Below are positions 11,735 through 22,068 of a stretch of DNA of 64,000 nt, in pieces; position 1 is the stretch's first letter; each line of letters opens with the position of its first letter. The notes below the pieces were generated by a model. It saw only the letters and a list, made by a program, of their open reading frames with translations, searched no databases and was not told where the DNA came from. This DNA comes from Octopus sinensis. Lineage: Eukaryota. A program made the translations under genes and the position numbers. The DNA lies in the NCBI RefSeq assembly GCF_006345805.1, contig NW_021833079.1, positions 62,001 through 126,000 on the forward strand, in the 5' to 3' direction.

Positions 11735-14517
11735 CTAAGGGAGCATCACTTGGAAATCGTCATCGCTCTTTTCCTCAGTTTTATAATTTCTAGTACCCTC
11801 CACTATTTATTATATTATATACTTACACTCTAGGGAATCAGAGTGACTGGCCGTGAAATTTGATCTTTTTTCGTTACCACTTTGTCCCCTATTAGAACTT
11901 GAGCCTGCAAGTTATTCATATCAGAATACGTTCTTCTTCAGTCCCGACACTGTGACGGTGTAATTTGTTAGCAGAAATTGAGTCCTTGTTATTTTTTATA
12001 TACAAAATAACTCTGCGACGCTGTCTTTCTCTGCATATTTTATCCAATCGACTGGAATATTCTTGAACTTCTGAAGGATCTATTTTCTTGGCAATTTGAA
12101 CAATGTTTGAGAGACCTAGTGGTATGAAAGACGTTAATCACAATCTGTGTTATTTGGAAACTCTTCATGAGCTGTCTTAAGAAGCGAATATGCCTGTTGC
12201 TGGTTCCCCATTTGGAGATAGCAATTTGCTAAGCAGAGATACCAGTGAATTTCTTTTGGACTAATAAACGTTTTAAAAAGGTAAAATGAACTTAATTCGC
12301 AACGCAGTCTCAAAGTAGGATACAGCTCTTTCTGGGAGCTGAGAGTCAATAAAAAAGTCTCCAATCCACTGAACGATTTTTGAGTTGCCTGGATAACATT
12401 TATAAGCCTTAACATTAAGACCAATTAATACGTCCGAATAGTACTGAAATGCATGTGCCCTGTCTCCCCTGGCTTCGTGTATCTCGCCCAACTTTTCCAG
12501 GACTGAGGCGTCGTTGGGTACTATTCCAATTAATTGGATGAACCAGTCTAGAGCGTGGTCGTAATCCTGAACTTGGTAGTATCTATGGTCATAGTTAAGA
12601 ATTATTACATGTCTGCAAGGTGGTAATATACTTGTGGCTCATTCGGGAGTATTCCTCGAAGTTTAAACGCATATTCAATGGCACGATTGTAGTCCTTCTT
12701 GATTTTATATACAATTACTAAATGATTATTTAAAATTTTAAACTTATGTTGAACAGTGCTCCAACACAAAATGGATCGAATTCCTGTGCCGAATGATAAT
12801 ATTTAAGAGCAGTCTCGAGATCTGCGCGTGCAAAATAACAGTTCCCTTTATTGACAAGAGCTGGAATATTGAGGATCAAAATTAAAACTATTTGGATTCA
12901 GCTTGTCAGCTTCTAGTGCAAAATCAGCATATTTTTCTGCTTCTTCAACATCTCCGTTCTATTCAAATGTCATATATAATCAAACCAAAAAATATATGAA
13001 GGATAGATTACAGGATGCCGTCCCAGATGACCTAGGGTCAGATTTTTGAAAAGATTTGAGGATGTCAATTGCCTGGCTTTACATGGGAAAGTAACCTTTG
13101 GAATATTATTCTTTTTTAAGTGGAGAAGTGCGGTGTCAATAACAAGTTCATTCACTAGTCGGTTACTGTTAGAAGTCATTTTGGCCTGCTCAATGCACCT
13201 GAGATAATTCTTTATTGTAAAAACCAATTATATCCTATTTCGTACTCCCGTTCGATGACATTCGAGATTAGTTTGGCTGATCTTTTTATCGATGTCATGT
13301 CTCGTTGTTGGCAGGCGATCTCATACTTTGATAATTCGTCGTTTTTAATGACATTAAGAAGCAACTCCAATTTTTTATCTCCGTTCTAAAATATAATTTT
13401 TGTGTTTCACTGTAAAATAAGATGAATATTTGTCTGCGTCGTTTGATTTATAAAAACTAAGAAGTTGTCGAAAGGCCATTCTTATTCCATCTTTATCTTC
13501 CATTAGGTAATAGCAGATAAGGAGGTTAAATGAAGCTTGTAGATCTTTCTTTTCTAAAATGATGTGCTCAAATGTAGAAATAGCTTCAGCAAGTTGTTCT
13601 ATTGTCATAAAGCTTATTCCAATGTTTATCATTATCCGTTTTCTATCAGGGATTGATTTTTGGTATGTACCTCAACTGTCTGTGATTCTTGGGGATCTGG
13701 TCTAAAGCCATTCGATACATTTTTATTGCATTTCGATAATCTTTCATAGTGAAATAAATATTTCCCATATTTACTCTAAGACGACCTTTTATACCTGACC
13801 AAAAATTTACCTGCAGAAATATATTTCTTGTCACGAACAATGTTGCTATATGTGTTGAGAGCTTCATTGTAAAGTCCATTTGATGTCAATTGGAGAGCCA
13901 AATTAAGATTGACCTGAATCCTCAATATCTAAAAACTCACAGAAAAACTGATGTCAAGATTTTGATCATAATTCTGATCTTGTTCTCTTAATTTTTGGAG
14001 TTGTTTTTCGTATCTAATCGCTTCTCTTGCCTTTTCCAGGGCCTGTTGATAATTTCGTTGTTCGCTTGCATAACAAGAATCCAAAATAAGAGCCTCGATT
14101 TGAAGTTCTTGTTTTTTTATTTTAACATCCAAACTTAAAATTGATTTACTTAGGAAACCTTTCACTGTCTTCCTTTCTCTCTAGTTGGCTTATTGTGTTT
14201 ATTTTTTTCTTCTGACCGTCGGTTGTTGCTAAAATTTTAATTTAGTGGCATGCTGACTTTGATATGAAGACTTGTATCCTGCGCCAGCAATTGCCGTTAT
14301 TGGTCTAGAGTCCGCGTTCATATTTCTAATTGCAGTCATCCTGATTTGCCGTTTTTGAACAGTCTGTTGATTTTTAAAGAATATTTTTAAAAAACGACAG
14401 ATTAATCGATTAAGTTCTTTCATAAAAGTTTAATTAATTCAATTATTTAAATTTTAATACATTTTTTTCCAATTGAAATTCATTTTGTTCTTCAAAGTCG
14501 TAGATATCTTCATACAT
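11735..14517 (-). CDS. IFT88: Intraflagellar transport protein 88 (TPR protein), many mini-introns
   Basis: GRLRVNMGNIYF.MKDYRNAIKMYRMALDQIP, NIGISF..IEQLAEAISTFEHI, ALVNKGNC, LEKLGEIHEARGDRAHAFQYY and WIGDFFIDSQLPERAVSYFE all match IFT88. Start MYEDIYDFEEQ; C-terminal DDDFQVMLP* reached via 22-27-nt introns. Confidence 0.93.
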
Positions 14518-14521
14518 TTAG

Positions 14522-14553
14522 CTTGCTTTGATAACTGATATCTCCTTAGAAAC
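14522..14553. promoter_or_regulatory. X-box-like (RFX) sites upstream of IFT88
   Basis: ATCTCCTTAGAAAC (14540-14553) fits RTHNYY-WT-RRNRAC perfectly; CTTGCTTTGATAAC (14522-14535) has one mismatch. Both lie within 40 bp of the ATG. Confidence 0.55.
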
Positions 14554-15124
14554 AATTCTGAGAATAATCTTTAATTAATTTTTTTTTACTATTAAAACAA
14601 GAAATTAATTTAAAAAAGCCTAACACGTTTAATTAATTTGAGAAAATCTTGAATTGTCTAATTGATTAATTATTCTTGTGCCATTGATCTGCCATAATGA
14701 AGAACCCAAATTTTTCAAAACAAAAAATTGCCACTTAGCCCCCAAAGTCACGCCGGAAGAAATAAGATAATGATTATACAGATCACCTCATCAATTACTC
14801 CACCTCAATAGCTATAGTCGCGGATAACCTCCTTTCCATTGTTCTTTTTTAGTCCACTTACAAATTTTATTACTAAAATTAAAAAAATAATTATTAGACC
14901 ATTAGTTAAGATTGAAATTACTGGGATGGTTAAAATAATCAAATTTAAAATATATATTTTAAATACTCGAAATTACAAATATCGAACAAACTCGGACTCT
15001 TGCTACATATGGTATACCTGTATGCACTTGATCGTCCAAAGTGGTAATTAATATCAACTTTGAAGAATATGTTGCAAATAATCTCATATTTTAGCAAGTA
15101 AAATGTAATTGAATGGATTCTAAA

Positions 15125-16103
15125 ATGCTTGTATATCAGATATTACCATTTTTAACAGTTTTATTAAAAATTGGTAACTTATCAAATATATTTTTAGTCT
15201 CCAGTAGTGGCCAACAAATGATATGCACTAAAATGGAATGCTATTTTAATCCACAAAAAAATATGAATAGAAAGCAAGCTGCTGAATTTTGTCAAAAATA
15301 TGATATGAGTTTGCCATATATAACAACTTCTGATGAAAATAGTTTTCTTCACAGTAAATATATTTATGTTAGTTTAAGATTCGTTTGTGGTAAAATACAA
15401 CACTGATTTGTGGATCGATACAAAACCAAATGTTTATTTTCTGTTTGTTTAAAATAGATGGAATATTCAAATTGGCAAAATGTTAGAGACAAGGATACTT
15501 CCTGTGCTATAATGAACGATTGTGGGAAATGGGAATCTATAGATTGTAACATGGAAAGGGCGGTTGTTTGCAGTTCAAATAGTTTTGCTCATTTCTCATT
15601 GTCTTTAGGAGAAAGAGTTCGATGTAATTGTGGTAGTCAACATTCTAATTATTGCTACTTATATTTCAACGAAAGTTCTACGCTAAAAACAGCCCAAGAA
15701 AAATGTAAGAATATTGGTGGAAAACTTTTGACGATAAAAAATCAGCCAGAAAATAGTTATATTTATGGTTTTATTTGTATCAATATCATATAGGCCAATT
15801 CATGGTGAGCAATGAAAACAATATTATATTAAATATGATGAAGATAGGGACTTCTTTTTTGGAAGAGACGACGAAAGCAAAATTGGTTAAAAATGACTAT
15901 ATTTATCTTAAGTTGTACTATGCATGGGGACGCTATGAGCCGAGAATGTTCAAATGTGTCGAATTAAAGGGGTGTGGATACTGGAAAACTATTCCATGTA
16001 CCTCAAAAAGAAATTATATATGCGAATTTAAAAGTTCATTTGATTATATATGTTTTTAGTTGGAAACGTAACAAGTTGCCATAAAATAAATACGAAAACT
16101 TAA
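15125..16103 (+). CDS. Secreted protein with two C-type lectin domains, paralog 2
   Basis: Same exon-intron layout as 1630-2608 (introns 24, 25, 26, 27, 26, probable 39 and 27, 26 nt); conserved last exon IGNVTSCHKINTKT*. Confidence 0.85.
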
Positions 16104-17063
16104 TCTAACTATTAATAGACACTTTAAAATACTAATAATATAACATTCATACTAACTTCATTAAAACATTATTGAAAACTAAATTTTTTAAATCAATACA
16201 AACAAAGAAATTTTGCCCCTTAAAAAATTGTATTTTTAACTAAAAAAAAGCAAATTTGGAATCAGAGATTGTTAAGAAGAGAATGGATTTTAACTTTTCT
16301 AATAAAAAAAATTGCACTATTATAGGATTTTAAAGAATATTTTCCTCGGGAACCAAAAAATAATATAAACTCAACCTTGTTTTTTTGGTTAAAAAGATCA
16401 TCTAAACACTCCAATTTCGGACAAAAGCTAACTTTTTAGTTTATTTTTTTATAAATCAGTTATTTCACTTTTTCCTTAAATGCTTTGATCTGACTCAGTA
16501 CTATGTTTTTCAATCTCATAATTTATTCATAATTTCATACTGGGCAGTTTTTCATAGATTAGTTACGATTTGGAGTTATAGTTTTTGTTACTTAACAATT
16601 TGATGTAATGTCTTAATACATCCATAAATCCTGCCTTCAATGTAATAAAGTGAACTCTAATTAACCTGAGGGGCCTAATTTGACCTGCGAGGGCTTAAAA
16701 ATGATCCGCAAACGAATTGTATAATAATAAAAAAATGGGCCCGTCTACAAAATGTTCCAACTAACATGACCGATGAGCAAATATATTATCTATTATTAAA
16801 AATTAAATAAAATAATTACACCCCTCGACAAAAAATTTGGTTATTCGATCTTTCCTGCTTTTATTCATTTAAAAACGAATAAATTTTGAAAAAATTGAAC
16901 CGTAAAATTAAGCTAGTATTTAGAGTTTGTGTTAGATCAATAATCTTTTCTGCTCAATGTATTTTTGAATTATTACCGACCCAAAAAAGAAAAATTGTGT
17001 ATAGAAAAAAATTTGAAATAAATATTACTTCAACTCAAATTTGGAAAAGGTAAATTGTGATGT

Positions 17064-20000
17064 TTTTTATTAAGAAAGAAACTAATTAACTAAGTAATTT
17101 TACTAACTAAGTCCAGAGCCTTCGAAGTGAGCAGAAGGCGGCACTCCACGCACCTCCTCCCCTTCTTCCTCCTCTTCTCTGGCACTGTAGACCTTCGAGA
17201 AGGTGCAGTCCAGCGCCTCTTGCTGACTAAACGTCAGGAAAGGGCTGGATCGGCGAGCATCAAACGAGACACTCTCCAGAGTCCTCTTAAAAACAGTTGA
17301 CTGTATATAAGCCTGTAGAGACTTATCTACATCCAACTGTTTTAAGTACCGCTTGTGGTATTTGGTGACCAGTCCATCCCATGTCATCACACACGGGATG
17401 ACATGGACTTTGCACTGGTGCATCAGTCCTAGCTCGTTTGCAAGGAGGTCATACTTCCTTTTTTTCTCCACTTCCACTATCTGCAAACGGTCTAAGCACG
17501 TGATGCCCACCTCCACGATAACAATCTCCCCGGTGACCTTATCGTGGACCACAATGTCGGGTCTGTTGTGCTGGACAACAATCGAGGTGCGTATGGGGGT
17601 ATCCACCTTAATGCACACCCTCGAGTTCTCACACACCGATTGAACTCGATGGGTTCGCAACTTTCTGGACCGCCTCAAGCCGTACTTATTGCAGAGCAAA
17701 AGATGGAGGGACCTCACCACCTCGTTATGCCTCCATGTGTAATCATGGTAAAGCATACTCCCGCACTTCGTGGCTAAATGGTCAACGGTCATTGCCTTAC
17801 TCTTACAGTGGTTACACTGTTTCCGTTGACCATTAAAAAAGTTTCTATCCTGCAAATATGAGAACAACCCTTCTGATCGGGGAGAGTTATTCCCATATTT
17901 CAGCCACGTAGATGACGACGATACGTCAATGTGCGGGTTGTCCAGGCTGCTAAAGAGAGTCTTGTGAAGGACTTTTAAGTTGATCTTTTTAATTAAAGAC
18001 TCCTTTTGAAGTTTGATCAACTCCTTCACATTAACTTGGGTAGCACCTAGACCATACTTAGCCGACACATAGCCTTTTATGGTCCCTAGGTGTGTACCAC
18101 GCGCTTTTTCAGCAGCAAGGATGGCAGCCTTCCTTTGGGATACACTCGACCCACTCCACAAGGTGTCGTGCATCTTAGTAAGAATTCGCTCACTTAAGTG
18201 TACGATGTTACTCAGTCCACGTCCTAGCTGCCCGCGAGACAAGTACAATCTCTCCTTATTGCTTGCCAACACGTGGACATGATTCTCTCGGAGTACTCTT
18301 CGGACAATAAGGTCCATTTCATCGTACTCACTCGGCTCGAATTCGATCAGGCCAACGTAGTAGTTTAGCAATGAGATGGCATACTCGTTCAAGGCATGAA
18401 ATAAGTTCCGTGCATTGAGCCGAGTCTTACATAACATTGCCGCCCTACTACGCACACCCTCCACTACACACTTTCTCGTTTCGGGTGTGATTAATGAGGC
18501 TGGACTCTCAACCACACCAAGATACTTATATCCTTGGTGTTCCTCCAAGACTTTGACTAGGTCACCGCACACAGGGGTGTTAGTCGCCGACTTGTCGTAG
18601 TTGAGCTCCAACCCCACGGCCTTCATGAAACCTTTCAGGACTTTACCCATTGAGTGGAGGATCTCTGAAGACCGAGCGAACAGCTTAATGTCGTCTATGA
18701 ACATGAGATGGTTGGTGCTAAAACACCCTCCTTCATGTTCGATCGACATTTGTTCGAATTGGGCAGTGAGGACTCTACTCAACGGTTCTAGGCAGAGGAC
18801 GAACAGCAGCGGAGACATGCTGTCGCCCTGTAATATGCCCCTCTCTAGTTTCACCTCGCCTATATCGCATTTGTTGTAATTTAGATGCACGTTCCACCTG
18901 TCCATCACAGTTGCAACAAATTTGATAAACCACATTGGCAACTTAAGCCTTCGCAGACACTCAACGAGGTAGGCATGATCAACCGAGTCATATGCCTTCT
19001 TCACATCCACCCACATTGACACTAGTGAGTTTCCGTGGGCTCTCGCGAGGCATTTGTTGATCAGTGCCTGCTCCTTAGCTCCCTGGCAATCCCGCCGAGT
19101 ACCTAACTGGTTCTCGGACAGAATCCCATTCACCTCCACGAAATTTCTGACCTCAGTAGCCACCACCTTAGTCATCAACTTGTACAGGTTGGGCATACAG
19201 GTTATCGGACGATAATCTGTCGGAGCGGAAGGGTTATCTACTTTAGGGATCAAATAAGTGACCCCAGTACATAACCACTCTGGAATCGAGCCAGGGTCTA
19301 GTGTAAACTGTTCGATTGCTCGACACATGCAATCATGGATAGGTTTGCAATTTTTAATAAAGAAATTATACACTTTATCGACCCCAGGTGTCTTCCAGTC
19401 AGAGAGACGGGTTACTGCTTCATCGAACTTCTTGCGGATGTCAGGGACACCACAAGACTCGGTCATCAAGGGAGCATCGGGTCCACAAAACGGAAACGAC
19501 ACACCCTTGCGAGGACGTGCTTTCCACATACTCCCCCATGTGTCAAGCATTTCGGCCTTTTGCTGGGTACCCTCCTTCGTCTCTCCGTGCAACCGACGAT
19601 AGAACGACCTGCGATTAAATTCAAACAGGTTGTTCTCCCGCCTGCGCTGACACCGAGACTCATGAGTTGAGAGCTTCTTCTGATAAACGAGAATCAGCTC
19701 CTCCCTCTCTGCCCGGACACGCCTCAACTCGTTGAGGTCCCATTTGGCAGCTCGTTCCCGACGAAGTAAAGTACGCACCAAGGGGGGAGTCTTGCCCTTG
19801 ACCCCATTGCTCACATTCAAAATGTGCCCAGTCAGCGCTTCCAGCTCGGCTTTCCTTGCGGCTACTTTTGCGGCAATGTTTTCTCTCCATCTACTCTTTG
19901 GGGCAGGCCTCTGAGTGATTTCATCATAGGTTGTCTGTGCCGAGTACAAATAAAGAGAAATCTCGTCCATTGTCTCCGGAGGCTCACGCACGATCGCGTA

Positions 20001-20568
20001 AGCTATGGCACGATTGATGCAACCCATCACGTCACTTCTGAGTTGCCACCGAGGTATCTTTCGGGTCACTCTGCGGTCCGCAAGGGGGACAACACGATTC
20101 GCAGAGATATGCCTACTAAATATCTCCTTAACCTGCAAGAGTAGCGATAACTCACTACTCTGGTGCTCGTGTTGTTCAGAACACGGGGGGCATCCTGACG
20201 GCGTAACCGCAGCGGCAGTCCTCCCCCGCGAGCCAGGAGGAGGGGTCTTGGCCAGCTTCTTCAGTGCATCTAACGATAGGTTCGAGCTAAAGCGTCGATT
20301 GAAACACTGAAGCAGGGTAGGCCACCCATTTCTGGGCATCCTGGAAGCTCTTCCCAACACTTGGGAAAGGGCGGATTTAACCCAGTCCTCCCGGGTCGTG
20401 CACTCGATCCCTTCTGCAATGGCAAAGACGATGTTCTTGCCATCGGACGTCTGTCTCTCCGATGCGGTTGTCCATCCTGCTCTAGGTATATTATTATTAA
20501 TAATATTGTTAGTTTCTTGTTGTCCAGGTAGAGCACACATCGAGATAGTAGCACGTTGCATAACAGAC
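17064..20568 (-). mobile_element. Full-length R4/Dong-type non-LTR retrotransposon
   Basis: 13-bp TSD TAAATTGTGATGT (17051-17063 and 20569-20581), AATAAA plus short A tail, single uninterrupted ORF. Confidence 0.93.
17103..20561 (-). CDS. RT-CCHC-RLE polyprotein, 1152 aa
   Basis: RT motifs YRPITC, KKAYDSV, GILQGDSMSPLLF, NHLMFIDDIKL, YKYLG; R4-like RLYLSRGQLGRGL; CNHC..HLATKC knuckle; PD..E..K endonuclease (RPDIVV..IVEVG..EKKRKY). Confidence 0.95.
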   Translation of the reverse strand: MQRATISMCALPGQQETNNIINNNIPRAGWTTASERQTSDGKNIVFAIAEGIECTTREDWVKSALSQVLGRASRMPRNGWPTLLQCFNRRFSSNLSLDALKKLAKTPPPGSRGRTAAAVTPSGCPPCSEQHEHQSSELSLLLQVKEIFSRHISANRVVPLADRRVTRKIPRWQLRSDVMGCINRAIAYAIVREPPETMDEISLYLYSAQTTYDEITQRPAPKSRWRENIAAKVAARKAELEALTGHILNVSNGVKGKTPPLVRTLLRRERAAKWDLNELRRVRAEREELILVYQKKLSTHESRCQRRRENNLFEFNRRSFYRRLHGETKEGTQQKAEMLDTWGSMWKARPRKGVSFPFCGPDAPLMTESCGVPDIRKKFDEAVTRLSDWKTPGVDKVYNFFIKNCKPIHDCMCRAIEQFTLDPGSIPEWLCTGVTYLIPKVDNPSAPTDYRPITCMPNLYKLMTKVVATEVRNFVEVNGILSENQLGTRRDCQGAKEQALINKCLARAHGNSLVSMWVDVKKAYDSVDHAYLVECLRRLKLPMWFIKFVATVMDRWNVHLNYNKCDIGEVKLERGILQGDSMSPLLFVLCLEPLSRVLTAQFEQMSIEHEGGCFSTNHLMFIDDIKLFARSSEILHSMGKVLKGFMKAVGLELNYDKSATNTPVCGDLVKVLEEHQGYKYLGVVESPASLITPETRKCVVEGVRSRAAMLCKTRLNARNLFHALNEYAISLLNYYVGLIEFEPSEYDEMDLIVRRVLRENHVHVLASNKERLYLSRGQLGRGLSNIVHLSERILTKMHDTLWSGSSVSQRKAAILAAEKARGTHLGTIKGYVSAKYGLGATQVNVKELIKLQKESLIKKINLKVLHKTLFSSLDNPHIDVSSSSTWLKYGNNSPRSEGLFSYLQDRNFFNGQRKQCNHCKSKAMTVDHLATKCGSMLYHDYTWRHNEVVRSLHLLLCNKYGLRRSRKLRTHRVQSVCENSRVCIKVDTPIRTSIVVQHNRPDIVVHDKVTGEIVIVEVGITCLDRLQIVEVEKKRKYDLLANELGLMHQCKVHVIPCVMTWDGLVTKYHKRYLKQLDVDKSLQAYIQSTVFKRTLESVSFDARRSSPFLTFSQQEALDCTFSKVYSAREEEEEGEEVRGVPPSAHFEGSGLS

Positions 20569-21159
20569 TAAATTGTGATGTAATAAGAAATTAGGGAAAG
20601 TCATGGTATGGGGTTGTTTTTCCTATCGTGGGGTATGCAATTTGGTATTTATAGCAAGACGCTTAATTCTGCAAAATATCAATCTATTTTGATCAATAAT
20701 TTGCCACATTCTGCACAAAAAATGAGGTTTGTTGACTATATTTTTCAACATGACAACGCTCTCAGCCATACATCAAAAATTATTATTCAATATTTTTGCG
20801 AAAAACATATTAAAAAAATTAGAATGGCCTTCGCAATCTACGAATTTAAAACCAATAGAGCATTTGTGGGCTTATATGAAGGTTCAAATTAGGCAAAGAA
20901 AAAATAAGAACATTCAGGCACTGAAGGAAAATATATTAAATATTTGGTATTCCTTTCTAACAAAAACACTTGAAAAATTAGTTGGGTCAATGAAAAAAAG
21001 GTGTTGCGAGATCTATTAGGCAAAAAGAGGTTATTTTACATATTAATTTGACAATAACCAAATTTTATGCCAATGAAAGTCGTTGTTTTTTCCAAATTTC
21101 TTAGACAAAATTTCAAAATTTAAATAATTAAATTAATTATTGTCGTATGTCATAGTTCG

Positions 21160-21270
21160 AATCCAAGCCCTAACTATATTTTGACTTTAAACCCTAACAT
21201 CAGCCTAACCTAATTTAAACCCTAACACAAACTCTTATTCTAATTCTAGCCCTAACTGTGGTTCAAATCT
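21160..21270 (+). repeat. Degenerate hexamer tract containing four CCCTAA
   Basis: 6-bp periodic AACCCT/AATTCT/AGCCCT units just inside the Ginger-like TIR. Confidence 0.5.
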
Positions 21271-22068
21271 TATTACAAATAAACAAGTGTCCCAAGACTA
21301 ATTTGACTCACTGTATGATCCCGACCTTAACACTAATCCTTTCCTGAACGCAAACTCCAACTGATTATGTTTTTTTGTATTCACGTTGTTATCAAAATCA
21401 GATTTGATAAAAACAGTATCGCCGATTTTTATATGCGTTTTTTAAAAATTTTTATTGGCGTTTTCTTTTACTTTTTTCGGTAATTTTTTAAATGCTCCGA
21501 CGTTTGATAATCTGATTCAATTTGAATTTCATCCTCCGATGAATACTCCGTTCTTTCGAATGATGATTCGATTTCTTTATTATCAAACAAAGAAACAGTA
21601 TTGAATCCCAAAGTTCCAAAAAATAATCTAAAAATAAAATTTACGAAGCAACCTAAAAGGTGATTTTTCGGTAGCACGATAAATAGTCGTGTTGTATTTA
21701 TAGACAGTATTCTTCAAAATATCAATCCAATATTGGATCGGATTGAATATTGTTTTTGCTAACCAACGCTTTAGCTTTGATTATATCGTTCTACCCTGCC
21801 TTGTGATTGAGGGTGTCTTGGTCTTCCATGAATCGTCTTTATCCCCCAATCACGTAATAAAAATGAAACTTCAGAGTTACAACAACTCTTTCCCTTATCC
21901 GTGGTAAGGTTTCAGGTGGCCCAACTGAGTTAAACAGTCTTCAAAAGAATTCTTTATTTTGAGAAGTTTTACTCATAGGGAAATGGACCATGCAAATTTT
22001 GACCTAACAATCAATTTATTAGAACCATTTATTTCTCTATATTAGAGCATATCTCCGAGGATCTATAC

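Noticed and set aside
17353-20554. Many overlapping 60-110-aa ORFs on both strands (also across 25.9-35.8 kb)
   Set aside because: Shadow ORFs of GC-richer retrotransposon coding sequence with no independent motifs.
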